A stretch of 64,000 bases of DNA, from the IMG/VR virus record IMGVR_UViG_3300017990_000011. The stretch is one strand, 5' to 3'. The notes under the pieces are model-generated. The model searched no databases, was not told the DNA's origin, and saw only the letters and a program-made list of their open reading frames with translations. This DNA is from an uncultured virus (IMG/VR IMGVR_UViG_3300017990_000011) (lineage: Duplodnaviria > Heunggongvirae > Uroviricota > Caudoviricetes). The position numbers and the translations under genes were made by a program. This document shows, piece by piece, positions 9,930-19,582 of this stretch. The number at the start of each line of letters is the position of its first letter. Within the stretch, counting starts at the first letter, position 1.

Positions 9930-10322
9930 ATGGCTGAAAAGAAACGATTCGTAGGACCCATGATCAATCACTGTCTGTTTCAAGGTGAGATAACTGAGGA
10001 TCCTGTTATGAACAATGGGTATGCATTCCTCAACCTACGGACAAAATTTACGTCGCGTAGTGCGAACAACCAGTACGTGGATACGGAACTTGTCGTACCA
10101 CTGATGGTAGAACCAGACGGCCCAGTTAGAGTCATTGAACAGGGTCATATCAAACAATATCGGCAGCTTGCGGCTTGGTGCTATTACAAGTCTTGGAAGA
10201 CTGCTGAAGGTGCCATGGAGCATCGGTTTGTGGTAAAGAAATTCGATTTAGGCCACAAACCATTCGAACCAGCAGGTGATGCTGGTGCCGGCGGGGCCGG
10301 TGTTCCACCACTGCCACAATAA
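9930..10322 (+). CDS. Putative single-stranded DNA-binding (OB-fold) protein
   Basis: INHCLFQGEITEDP start resembles the SSB N-terminal strand; Gly/Pro-rich C-terminal tail. Confidence 0.5.
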   Translation: MAEKKRFVGPMINHCLFQGEITEDPVMNNGYAFLNLRTKFTSRSANNQYVDTELVVPLMVEPDGPVRVIEQGHIKQYRQLAAWCYYKSWKTAEGAMEHRFVVKKFDLGHKPFEPAGDAGAGGAGVPPLPQ

Positions 10323-10333
10323 AGGAGTGATCA

Positions 10334-10753
10334 ATGGATAGAGCAAAAGTAGCTCTTGGTAGAGCTCATAATGTACAAGGTACTGCTACCATTACGAATC
10401 CAGAAGATCTGTCCGTTGTTGATAGAATGAGGGCGATGGAGGCTAGAATAAATCAGCTTACTGAGTTGATTCATTCTGGTCTTCGCTCTCTATCTAAAGA
10501 CAGGAGAGGTAGTGATAATGCCTATAGTTCTGATCGAGATGGTGTAATTCCAGTTGGAACAATCTTTATGGGTACATCACAACGCAACGGCACACTTATC
10601 TTGACAGTAGCCGATGATGGATACTATATTGGTAACACAAAGTATGGTTCCTTATCAGCGGCTGCACAGTCAGCGAGCGGTGTTAGGCGTAGCGGCTGGA
10701 CATTTTGGAAATTAGCAGACGGCAGAACGGCTAAAGAGGCCTTCGGGAAATAA
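10334..10753 (+). CDS. RAMA/DUF4357-like DNA-binding domain protein
   Basis: C-terminal YGSLSAAA...SGWTFWK motif. Confidence 0.65.
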   Translation: MDRAKVALGRAHNVQGTATITNPEDLSVVDRMRAMEARINQLTELIHSGLRSLSKDRRGSDNAYSSDRDGVIPVGTIFMGTSQRNGTLILTVADDGYYIGNTKYGSLSAAAQSASGVRRSGWTFWKLADGRTAKEAFGK

Positions 10754-10754
10754 T

Positions 10755-11390
10755 ATGGGAAAGAGAAAAGGTAGGAAAAAGAAAAGAAAGAACAAACAGA
10801 AGTTTAGTAAGGTGCAATTCAGAGAGATTATCTGTGCCAAGTGTAAACTCTGTGAGTCTGATGATGCGATCAAGCATAATTTTTTCTGCTACAATCAGAT
10901 ATACTTGCAGAATCCTAAGCGATTCATCAAGACTACTTTCCCAGCATTACTGGAGGCGGCAGGTTGGATAGAAAACAATCAAAATCCAATTAGCAAGAGA
11001 CCAGATGCCAATGTTGTGTATATGTTGAAACACATATTCTGTAACTCTGGCGTCTGTGGAAAAGAATACTCAACGTGGGATGAAAAGAATCAGTGTGAGT
11101 TTACTGAAGATTGTCTTCAGACCTTTAAACAACAAATTCGGGGTGAATTAAGAAATAGCCCCAAGCTCATCGCTGAGACAAGCAGAAGAAAGAAGAAGAA
11201 TAAAAAGAAGAAGGATAAAAAGGTTGTAGTAAAACCTTATCCTACTTTTATCTGCAATCCCGAATTCGTGGAAGAAATCAGGGAAATATTAGGTGATGGA
11301 AATACAACTATCGAACAAAATTCGAGTGAAAAACGCGCCATCGGCGATACAGGAGTGGTTAATAAGCATACTAAAAGTGCCGAATCCTAA
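10755..11390 (+). CDS. Cys-rich, Lys-rich hypothetical protein
   Basis: CxxCxxC and further Cys; poly-Lys tracts. Confidence 0.65.
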   Translation: MGKRKGRKKKRKNKQKFSKVQFREIICAKCKLCESDDAIKHNFFCYNQIYLQNPKRFIKTTFPALLEAAGWIENNQNPISKRPDANVVYMLKHIFCNSGVCGKEYSTWDEKNQCEFTEDCLQTFKQQIRGELRNSPKLIAETSRRKKKNKKKKDKKVVVKPYPTFICNPEFVEEIREILGDGNTTIEQNSSEKRAIGDTGVVNKHTKSAES

Positions 11391-12696
11391 GTATGCAGAG
11401 GCTGAGCAGGCAGGAAGAAGTCTATGGGGCCTTGATCCATACCTATATAATTTCAGTTTCTTACCAGATAATAGTTTGTTAATCCCTCGGGGTCTTAGAG
11501 AAAAACTAATATCAGCGGCTGAAAAAGCTGATGTAGATTACACATTGATTGATAACAGGTCTAAGCATGATTTTGTACATGTAGATTCAAGAAACATTAA
11601 ATACAGACCTTATCAATATAATGCTGTACTTAAACTTATAGGTGAGACTGAGGGATTCATAGTAGCCCCGGCCGGTAGTGGTAAGACCGTAGTTGGTTTA
11701 AGTCTCTTACCACTATTGGGCCAACCAATGTTGTGGCTTACACATACTGGTCCACTAGCAGACCAAGCAAAGGAAAGAGCTGAATCTTTTTTACCGACTA
11801 TAGGTAAAATAGGTTTGCTAGGCAGAGGTAAATGGGAAATTGGTGAGTTATTAACCATAGCTATGGTTCAAACACTGGTCAGAAGACCAGATGATTTAAT
11901 TGGTATACGTGATAGATTCGGTACCGTAGTACTAGATGAGGCACATCATGCACCAGCTAGTACATTTCTAAAAGTGATAGGTGCTTTTAACAGTTATTAT
12001 TTGTATGGTCTAACAGCTACACCGTATAGACGGGATAAGCTTGAACAGATTATGTTTCAAGCCATTGGCTGGCCAAAGGTGACCATAGATATCGATGAAG
12101 TCGAAAAACATGGTGGTATAATGAAACCTGTTGTCAGATATCGTAGTGTAAGGTCTGCTAAAGTGGAAGGTAATAATATACAGACCATTCTCAAGAATAA
12201 CATCGTTGGTAATAAAAGTCGTAACAATATGATAGTAGGTGATGTTATAGCTGAAGCAACTAAAGGAAACTTTTGTATAGTTATTAGTGATAGGAAAGCT
12301 CATTGTGAAGACTTATATGAATTGATCTCTCTTGGTTGGGAAAAGACAGGTATTGCCACTGGTAATTATTCAAAGAAATATGTTAGAGAACAAGTGCAAC
12401 GATATAATGATAATGAGATTACTGTACTAGTTACTACATTCTCTCTGTTAGGTGAGGGATTTGATGTCGACTTCTTGAATAGAGCATTTATTGCTATGCC
12501 GTTTAGGGCTGAGAGTAAAGCTGAGCAGCTCATCGGTAGGATACAAAGAACCGCTCCTGGTAAAACTGACGCGATAGTATACGACTATGTGGATGTGGAT
12601 ATTGGTGTATTAAAAAATCAATTCCATGCCAACAAAGATAAGAATTGTCGTATCAATGTCTATGAAAGATTAGGACTATCGGTAGAACCATATTAA
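11296..12696 (+). CDS. Superfamily 2 DEAH-box helicase (ResIII/UvsW/XPB-like)
   Basis: RPYQ, APAGSGKT, DEAHH, GLTATPYR, LGEGFD, QLIGRIQR motifs. Confidence 0.92.
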   Translation: MEIQLSNKIRVKNAPSAIQEWLISILKVPNPKYAEAEQAGRSLWGLDPYLYNFSFLPDNSLLIPRGLREKLISAAEKADVDYTLIDNRSKHDFVHVDSRNIKYRPYQYNAVLKLIGETEGFIVAPAGSGKTVVGLSLLPLLGQPMLWLTHTGPLADQAKERAESFLPTIGKIGLLGRGKWEIGELLTIAMVQTLVRRPDDLIGIRDRFGTVVLDEAHHAPASTFLKVIGAFNSYYLYGLTATPYRRDKLEQIMFQAIGWPKVTIDIDEVEKHGGIMKPVVRYRSVRSAKVEGNNIQTILKNNIVGNKSRNNMIVGDVIAEATKGNFCIVISDRKAHCEDLYELISLGWEKTGIATGNYSKKYVREQVQRYNDNEITVLVTTFSLLGEGFDVDFLNRAFIAMPFRAESKAEQLIGRIQRTAPGKTDAIVYDYVDVDIGVLKNQFHANKDKNCRINVYERLGLSVEPY

Positions 12697-12701
12697 GGAG
12701 A

Positions 12702-13907
12702 GTGAGTTTAATGAAAATAGATATAAAGATTTCAAATACAATGACGAAAGAATGCGACTGGAACAGAGGGTTCGAGAATCGCATAATAAGATTACCACTA
12801 CATTGCAGACAAGAATTTAATTTAAGTAATCACGATTTCGTTAATCTTAATACAAAAGACGGTATACCTCTTAATCTTCAGATAGCACCGGCGTTCAAAG
12901 AAGATGTTGCAGAAGATCCAACATCAGCATACGTCACTGCTGAAGTATTCGAGGTTTTAGAAGGAAATTCACTTAGAGCCAAAGATGTAGAAACTGTTAA
13001 GAATATTACTCTTGGCTGCGATCCAGAGTTGTTCATTATAGATTGTAGAAACGGTGGATTAGTTAGTGCCAGATCTTATTTTGGAAAGAGTGGTGATGTT
13101 GGAAATGATGGAATGCTATTGGAATTCAGACCACTTCCTAGCACCGATGAAACCATTGTAACGGACAACATCATGAATCTCATATCCAAAGCTAGAATGA
13201 TGTTGAACTTGAAACCACAAGTGAGCCCACACTTAATGTTATATGGTGCATCTAATTATCAAGGGGCTACTGCAGGATTTCATCTTCATTATGGAGTGCC
13301 GTATCAGATGTTGGGATTCCAGAGAACGGTGAAGACAGTGATACGTCAAGTAGTAAAGGCAATGGATTATTATGTGGGTGTACCAGCTATTATTCCAGAA
13401 GGTAATACAGATACAAGACGTCGGACATCAACATATATTAAGTATGGTAAACCAGGTGAGTTTAGGATTGATAATAGAACACTAGAATATAGAGTTCCAG
13501 GTGGCTCGTTGTTAAGACATCCTATATTAACTAATGGTATACTAGCATTGGGAGCAGTAGTAATAGAAGACATAGTGAGTAGAATCAATGCTTGCACTGA
13601 TAACTTTGCTAACATGCAGGAAATGCAATGTACAGAGCATATACATGAGCTGTATCCAAATATGCCTAGTAATCAGAAAGTGTTTTCAATGATATGTGTT
13701 CCTGAAGTAACGTATGCATTCAGTAAATTAAATGATATATATACAGACATTCAGAAGATGGTTGGGTACAAGGCGAGAAAACCATCTGTGGATGCATTCT
13801 TTAATTGTTTATTTAACGGAGTTCAGTTCGGAAATAATATAGAAGAAAATTGGGGGAGGTTCTACAATGAGAAACACGCAAGACAAATGGACGTTCATTC
13901 AAAATGA
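12702..13907 (+). CDS. phiEco32-like COOH.NH2 ligase type 2 with extra N-terminal domain
   Basis: TLGCDPELF, EFRP, GFHLHYG, YGKPGEFR, LEYRVPGG motifs. Confidence 0.85.
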   Translation: MSLMKIDIKISNTMTKECDWNRGFENRIIRLPLHCRQEFNLSNHDFVNLNTKDGIPLNLQIAPAFKEDVAEDPTSAYVTAEVFEVLEGNSLRAKDVETVKNITLGCDPELFIIDCRNGGLVSARSYFGKSGDVGNDGMLLEFRPLPSTDETIVTDNIMNLISKARMMLNLKPQVSPHLMLYGASNYQGATAGFHLHYGVPYQMLGFQRTVKTVIRQVVKAMDYYVGVPAIIPEGNTDTRRRTSTYIKYGKPGEFRIDNRTLEYRVPGGSLLRHPILTNGILALGAVVIEDIVSRINACTDNFANMQEMQCTEHIHELYPNMPSNQKVFSMICVPEVTYAFSKLNDIYTDIQKMVGYKARKPSVDAFFNCLFNGVQFGNNIEENWGRFYNEKHARQMDVHSK

Positions 13908-15555
13908 CATCTATCCAGCATTGTCGGCAAAAGATGTAGCTTACTGGAAAAGTAATCTGCATAAAATTCTTAAGGTCGGGTTGGAGTTTGAGTTCAATCT
14001 GCCTAATAAAAAGAATGGCAACTGCAAGGGCGAGAGTAATTCCTGCCCGTGTGCCAGAATGAATGAACATGACTGCTGGGCGCAGTGTGCATTGGTAGAA
14101 GAATGTGAGAGCGTAAGATTGCGTGCTCGATGTGCAAACAATAGCAAGAAATGTAAGGATGATAATTGTGAAGAGTGCGATCAATACAAACTCATGTGTC
14201 ATGGTATAAATTGCCCCAATTTTGTGAGCGCATGTTTCATATGTTCAGATTTTACAGTGGATTGTAAGGGGTGTGAGTTCCGATATGATCCGAAGAAAAG
14301 TCCTGAGCATATCAGGGAGTCCATGAAGAAAAACTTCCGGCCGAACAACACATACGGTACCATCAATGAGAGTGGTGTACACAGCATCACAACTGATGGA
14401 TCCCTACTCGGTAAGAAGGGGGCAGAGGTTATTACAATAGGAAGACGTGTGGATTACTGGGAGTTCTATAAGATGGCTAAGAAAATCATCGATACCTCAG
14501 TAAAACATGGTGCCTATCTCAATGAAAGATGTAGTATTCATATGCATCTGCTGGCAAGCTACTACGGTAAAGTGGTACCTGATGGTAGTGGTTCCAGCAT
14601 ACCGAATAAAATTAACGAGCTGGAGAAGGACATGCCGTCCATCATTCTTGCCAATTTTCATCAGCTGGTCAGAAGATATCAAAACGCTATGACTTGGATG
14701 GTGATGGCATTGGATGAACCAGAACGGTTAACCAGATGGGAGAAGTTCAGAGTATCTGTACTACCAATATCTGCCATTCTCAATAGCATGCGTCAGGTTA
14801 AACAGGAAGTATCTCATCATGCAGGCGGAAACAAATATGGTTGGGTTAACTACAACTATACTGAGTTCTCCAAGAGCTCTGGTGATGTGACCAGACTTCA
14901 TGTGGAAATGAGAGCAGCAGACGGCATGAATTCGCCAAGCGCAGTAGCAGCATTAGCTTGTATGAACTACGCCTTGATGATCAAAGCAGTAGAGATTTCC
15001 AGATACGGTGTTGTGGAGATTGAAAGCAATGAGTGGATGGAAAGAGCGGAGATGATCAAGAGCGCATTGCTGAATAACATGAAAAGTTATCAGGACGGCG
15101 ATAGATTCGGAGACACCCGCAATCTGCGTAAATATTATGAAGATTTGATTCGTGAATCCATGGATCTCGTCCGTCAATTGAAGCACAACCTGATACGTAT
15201 TGGTCCAGCATACCAGGTTCTGGAGAAAATAGCAGAGAAACCTATCGCTTTACGCAGATGTGATGGTGCTACCTGGGAACAAATCGAAGATGATTTGGCC
15301 ATTATCATGACCGAAGAGGGTAAGTTTGAGAACACTCTCAGTGAAATCATGGATTTGAGAATCATTGATGAGTGCAAAGACGTCCACGAATGGGTGCATG
15401 AAGTCACAGGTGTTATTAAAGAACATCCAGATGTTGACACCAACCACAGTACTGATGATGAAATCATGAATAAGGTTAGGTATTTTGTGGAGATGAAACA
15501 AAACGATGGTGAACTGGTATGGTCTGAGCCAATAGGTGCTCCAGTGCTTCTCTAA
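13867..15555 (+). CDS. Putative amidoligase (glutamine synthetase-like fold) with Cys-rich insert
   Basis: VGLEFEF, TDGSL..GAEVIT, CSIHMHL, HVEMRAADG motifs. Confidence 0.8.
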   Translation: MRNTQDKWTFIQNDIYPALSAKDVAYWKSNLHKILKVGLEFEFNLPNKKNGNCKGESNSCPCARMNEHDCWAQCALVEECESVRLRARCANNSKKCKDDNCEECDQYKLMCHGINCPNFVSACFICSDFTVDCKGCEFRYDPKKSPEHIRESMKKNFRPNNTYGTINESGVHSITTDGSLLGKKGAEVITIGRRVDYWEFYKMAKKIIDTSVKHGAYLNERCSIHMHLLASYYGKVVPDGSGSSIPNKINELEKDMPSIILANFHQLVRRYQNAMTWMVMALDEPERLTRWEKFRVSVLPISAILNSMRQVKQEVSHHAGGNKYGWVNYNYTEFSKSSGDVTRLHVEMRAADGMNSPSAVAALACMNYALMIKAVEISRYGVVEIESNEWMERAEMIKSALLNNMKSYQDGDRFGDTRNLRKYYEDLIRESMDLVRQLKHNLIRIGPAYQVLEKIAEKPIALRRCDGATWEQIEDDLAIIMTEEGKFENTLSEIMDLRIIDECKDVHEWVHEVTGVIKEHPDVDTNHSTDDEIMNKVRYFVEMKQNDGELVWSEPIGAPVLL

Positions 15556-15565
15556 AGGAGAAACT

Positions 15566-15754
15566 ATGGATCCATTAACAGTAATAATAGTACTACTACT
15601 AATAGGACTAGCAATATTTTATAAAGATACAGCAGCTTTTATAACAATGTTTATACTGCTATTCATCTGGTCAACCATGATTCTAGTAGGCTTAGGTGTG
15701 GCGTGGTGTGTATGCTTTGTTATAGATGGTGTAAAATGTTTAAAAAGGACATAA
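15566..15754 (+). CDS. Small two-TM membrane protein
   Basis: Two hydrophobic stretches; AAGGAG RBS before ATG 15566. Confidence 0.65.
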   Translation: MDPLTVIIVLLLIGLAIFYKDTAAFITMFILLFIWSTMILVGLGVAWCVCFVIDGVKCLKRT

Positions 15755-15755
15755 T

Positions 15756-16565
15756 ATGTGCGCTATTTTCGGATTAGGCTTCCAAAAAGGAAGTATGTTC
15801 AACCCTAAAGATATTAAAGAGGTAGTAAAGAAACTTCTTTTAAGTTGTGAGCCCAGAGGTACTCATGCCACTGGTATTGCGATAGCCAATGAAGATGAGG
15901 TTACCGTAGTGAAACACAACATTCGAGCGTCTCAGTTCATTAGGACTAAGGAGTTCAATGAGTCGTTTGATAAACATGTCAAATTCACAGGTGATAGAGA
16001 GAACAGACCTACCACCCAAATTATAGGCCATTGCCGATTTCAAACAAAAGGCAGTCATACAAACAATGATAACAACCACCCTATAGTATGTGATAGAGTC
16101 ATCGGTACCCATAATGGTATGATAGGCAATGATGATGTATTGTTTAAAGGGTATAATATTAAACGTAAAGCTCAGGTAGACAGTGAAATAATCTTTCGTA
16201 TGATAGAGTCTAGACTTGACAGAATGAAAGAGTCTATGCCTGAAGCAATACGTGCTACAGCAGAAAAATTATCTGGTAGTTTTGCGTGTGGTATGATAGA
16301 CGTAGAAAACCCATGGATGTTTTGGATGTTGAAAGGGTCTTCGCCACTATCTGTACTCCACTACCCCGACATTGGAGTGATTGCATACTCAACTTCGGGA
16401 CATTTTGTAGAGCATTCAATCAAATGCCTCAACCCTGTGGTGTTCAAATCCATAGAGTTGGTCAGAAACCAAGCTCTAGGTGTGAATTTACTCACTTCAG
16501 ATAAGATTAAATTCGCTTTGCCAGATACATATAGTAAAAATGGCGGTTGCTATCATTTTTGTTAA
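15756..16565 (+). CDS. Class II (Ntn) glutamine amidotransferase
   Basis: N-terminal MCAIFG (Cys2), RGTHATG, GHCRFQTKG, NNHP, HNG, VDSE. Confidence 0.92.
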   Translation: MCAIFGLGFQKGSMFNPKDIKEVVKKLLLSCEPRGTHATGIAIANEDEVTVVKHNIRASQFIRTKEFNESFDKHVKFTGDRENRPTTQIIGHCRFQTKGSHTNNDNNHPIVCDRVIGTHNGMIGNDDVLFKGYNIKRKAQVDSEIIFRMIESRLDRMKESMPEAIRATAEKLSGSFACGMIDVENPWMFWMLKGSSPLSVLHYPDIGVIAYSTSGHFVEHSIKCLNPVVFKSIELVRNQALGVNLLTSDKIKFALPDTYSKNGGCYHFC

Positions 16566-16579
16566 AGGAGTAAGTAGAA

Positions 16580-17575
16580 ATGATTCATCAAGGACACATA
16601 TTAAATGTGGATAGCACACTAAGAGAGATGCGGTGTGTTAGAGTGGGCCATGACCACACTGGTATGTTCCCACTCTGTTCCAAAGGATTCGTAAGTGCAA
16701 CGGATCTCGATAACGCATTAAATGGCAGGGGGTCACTCATAAAACATGACGCGTTTAAACTAGGTATGGACTTAGACAACATGCCTAATGAGGTAGCAGT
16801 ACATGCAATCTTTCCAGCTAGAAGAGGTAATCAAATATATACCACAGCTGGTATCGATGTGAAACAGTTAAAGGTTGTGAATGGTAAGAGAGTATACAAC
16901 CTACATTACATCAAGCCTGTGCCCACTTTCGATCTTATAGACATGGATTGGATAAGAAATTATGTCCATCAATGGGGCGCTATAACATTAAAGATGTCAG
17001 ACCTCACCACTGCTAGACGATTCATCGATAGCACCAAAAACATCGTGTCTATGTATAAATATCACAGTGTCTTTGGGTCTAATACCAATCATACTGATTC
17101 TGAGTTTTTTAAAATGAGCCCATGCAGTCTGTACGCAACCTTCATAGATATAAATTATTGTGTGCCAATATGGAATCCTAAGAAGGTAGATGGTATGGGG
17201 TTGTTAATAACCCTGCGTCATAATGATATACATGCGGGGCACCGATATCTATCAGCATTTGAAACAGCTATAGTAATGACCAATTACCAGGAGAATGTAT
17301 TCAAGGTAGATGGTTGTAAAGCTAACGATGTTATAATGTTAGGTGGAGGGGCTCATGAAACCATGAAGCAGCTGGTGGACTACGCCAAGAAGTATGAAGA
17401 ATATAACAGAGGTAAAAAAGGCAAAGCGAAATCTGAGGGTGAGGGGCAACTCAACGTTGAGAGATATATCAAAGCCAGTAAAAAGAAAACAAACTACGGT
17501 GGTTACACCAATACTGCTACATATAATTATGTTTCAGGAGAAACATCTTCGGCAACTTATTATAGTACATCGTAA
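16580..17575 (+). CDS. Hypothetical protein within ligase cluster
   Basis: 331-aa ORF, AGGAG RBS, Tyr/Thr/Ser-rich C-terminus. Confidence 0.7.
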   Translation: MIHQGHILNVDSTLREMRCVRVGHDHTGMFPLCSKGFVSATDLDNALNGRGSLIKHDAFKLGMDLDNMPNEVAVHAIFPARRGNQIYTTAGIDVKQLKVVNGKRVYNLHYIKPVPTFDLIDMDWIRNYVHQWGAITLKMSDLTTARRFIDSTKNIVSMYKYHSVFGSNTNHTDSEFFKMSPCSLYATFIDINYCVPIWNPKKVDGMGLLITLRHNDIHAGHRYLSAFETAIVMTNYQENVFKVDGCKANDVIMLGGGAHETMKQLVDYAKKYEEYNRGKKGKAKSEGEGQLNVERYIKASKKKTNYGGYTNTATYNYVSGETSSATYYSTS

Positions 17576-17587
17576 AGGGAGGTTAAT

Positions 17588-19579
17588 ATGTGTGGAGTAG
17601 TCGGAATTCTTGCATTTGATAATGCGGCGACCAAGGAAGAAGAAAAACTGCGACAGGAATCTATGATATATCTGGGCAGTGAGTTGTTGGAGCAGACTCA
17701 AAGCAGAGGTAAGGATGCTACTGGTGTAGCAGCATTGTTTGACAACTGCGACTATATGCTTCAAAAGATGGGCATTCCTGCACAGGAATTCATCGCTCGG
17801 TTCGGCGACACTGAGAAGGACTTCGAAGGCTTTCTCAAAATCTGGCGCCGAAAGAAACATCCTGCCAGGATGTTCGTTGGCCACTGTAGGAAATCGTCTG
17901 TAGGTAACACCGACGACAATGCTAACAATCATCCCATCAAGGTTGGGGATATCGTGGGTATTCACAATGGTACACTGACCAACCATGAAAAGATATTCAA
18001 AAAATTGGACTGTAAAAGGGATGGAAAGGTAGACAGTGAGGCAATCTTCAGGCTGATTCATCATCTGACCAAAAATGGTACAGAGCCATACTCCAAGGAA
18101 GTGCTCTTGGAGACATGTAAACGACTGCATGGTACTTATTGCTGTCTAACATTCAGCGGCAACAATCCATATCAAATGGCGGCATTTCGAGATGGCAGGC
18201 CTCTAGAGATGGCAATCATCCGGCCATTAAAGCTCGCCATTCTTGCGTCCGACCAAACATTTATAAAGAAAGCCATATATAACTACAACAAAATGGCTCA
18301 TCTGTATGTCGGCTCAAAAATCTTCAAGCCTTTGAAGAAAGATGATGTTGATATTAAATTCATGGCGGATGATAGTATCTATTTGTTTGACCTGCGGAAA
18401 GAAATCACCAAGGATACGGACATCGCCGATCTGTATGAAACTGAAAAGGTTCCTCGTACAGGTAAAGTGTGGGACAATGTCGTTAAGAAAACATACAACA
18501 ACAATACTGCATCGGCTAAGAACACCAATACAGGTGCAGCATCGACCGCTGCTACTGGAAAAAAAAGCCAAGCCCCTGCGTCATCGGACAACAAACAGTC
18601 AACGAAGGATGCAAGCAGTACCAAAGCGTCAGATCAATCATCAACCGTGGGAGGGTCGCAGGACAACAAGGCCCAATCTAATAAAGGCCGTGTTTGGAAT
18701 AGTACAAAATCTGTTTACGATGTGCCAACCGAAGCTGAGGTAAAAGAGGCAAAAAAAATTGAATCAGTTGAGTTAAACACAGAAACAGGTGAAGTGAAAG
18801 CTTCTGTCGGTGATAAGGTTATCAAAGAAGGCGAAGAGCCGAACAAAACTTTCACAGAGGAAAAGACTACCAGCAAGTTCGGTTTGAAGGATGGTACTGA
18901 GGATACCATCAACAAAGAACCTACATCCACTGCAAAGATAAATCAAATCAATGTCAAGACAGAGGATAGTGAAATTGAAACTCATGATAAAGAAGTCACA
19001 AGCCATTTGAGATCCATTGCAGGTGAAGGAACCTCTCTCGGAAAAACAGAGGTGAATATGAAGACTCCTGATCCAAAAATACTCGAAAGATCTAATGGTT
19101 TTGCAAATAACATAGAAAGATTCAGCAACAATATTGATATTTGCAACTTTTTGGAAATTCCTGACAGTACCGCGTTGAAAGACATGCCTCTTCCAGCTTT
19201 ATTAAATAGGGTACAGAAGAAAATAGCTAGTGAAGCATGGTATAAAGGTTATACCGCCCGTATGATAGAGAGGGGTGATACCGAAGGTACTATCATGGAC
19301 TACTCTACAAATAGTGCTCGAAGCATGTTCGGTCGTTTACGCAACAAAAAACTGGAGGCTGAGGGTAAAATTAGACAGCTCAAACATCTGGTAAAACTCC
19401 TCAGTGAAGCCAGTGGTGTAGGATATGGAGACCTGGAAAGATTTGTATCCAAATCACTTAACAGAGGTGATGAAATAACAGACCACATGCTACTAAGTAT
19501 ATTCAAACCAGGTGATCTCAGGGATAATAAAGTAATGAGAAACTTAGTTAGTATAGTTCAATCCAAGGAGGGTAGATAA
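17588..19579 (+). CDS. Class II (Ntn) glutamine amidotransferase with long low-complexity linker and C-terminal domain
   Basis: MCGVVG, RGKDATG, GHCRKSSVG, NNHP, HNG, VDSE; S/T/K-rich linker. Confidence 0.9.
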   Translation: MCGVVGILAFDNAATKEEEKLRQESMIYLGSELLEQTQSRGKDATGVAALFDNCDYMLQKMGIPAQEFIARFGDTEKDFEGFLKIWRRKKHPARMFVGHCRKSSVGNTDDNANNHPIKVGDIVGIHNGTLTNHEKIFKKLDCKRDGKVDSEAIFRLIHHLTKNGTEPYSKEVLLETCKRLHGTYCCLTFSGNNPYQMAAFRDGRPLEMAIIRPLKLAILASDQTFIKKAIYNYNKMAHLYVGSKIFKPLKKDDVDIKFMADDSIYLFDLRKEITKDTDIADLYETEKVPRTGKVWDNVVKKTYNNNTASAKNTNTGAASTAATGKKSQAPASSDNKQSTKDASSTKASDQSSTVGGSQDNKAQSNKGRVWNSTKSVYDVPTEAEVKEAKKIESVELNTETGEVKASVGDKVIKEGEEPNKTFTEEKTTSKFGLKDGTEDTINKEPTSTAKINQINVKTEDSEIETHDKEVTSHLRSIAGEGTSLGKTEVNMKTPDPKILERSNGFANNIERFSNNIDICNFLEIPDSTALKDMPLPALLNRVQKKIASEAWYKGYTARMIERGDTEGTIMDYSTNSARSMFGRLRNKKLEAEGKIRQLKHLVKLLSEASGVGYGDLERFVSKSLNRGDEITDHMLLSIFKPGDLRDNKVMRNLVSIVQSKEGR

Positions 19580-19582
19580 ATC

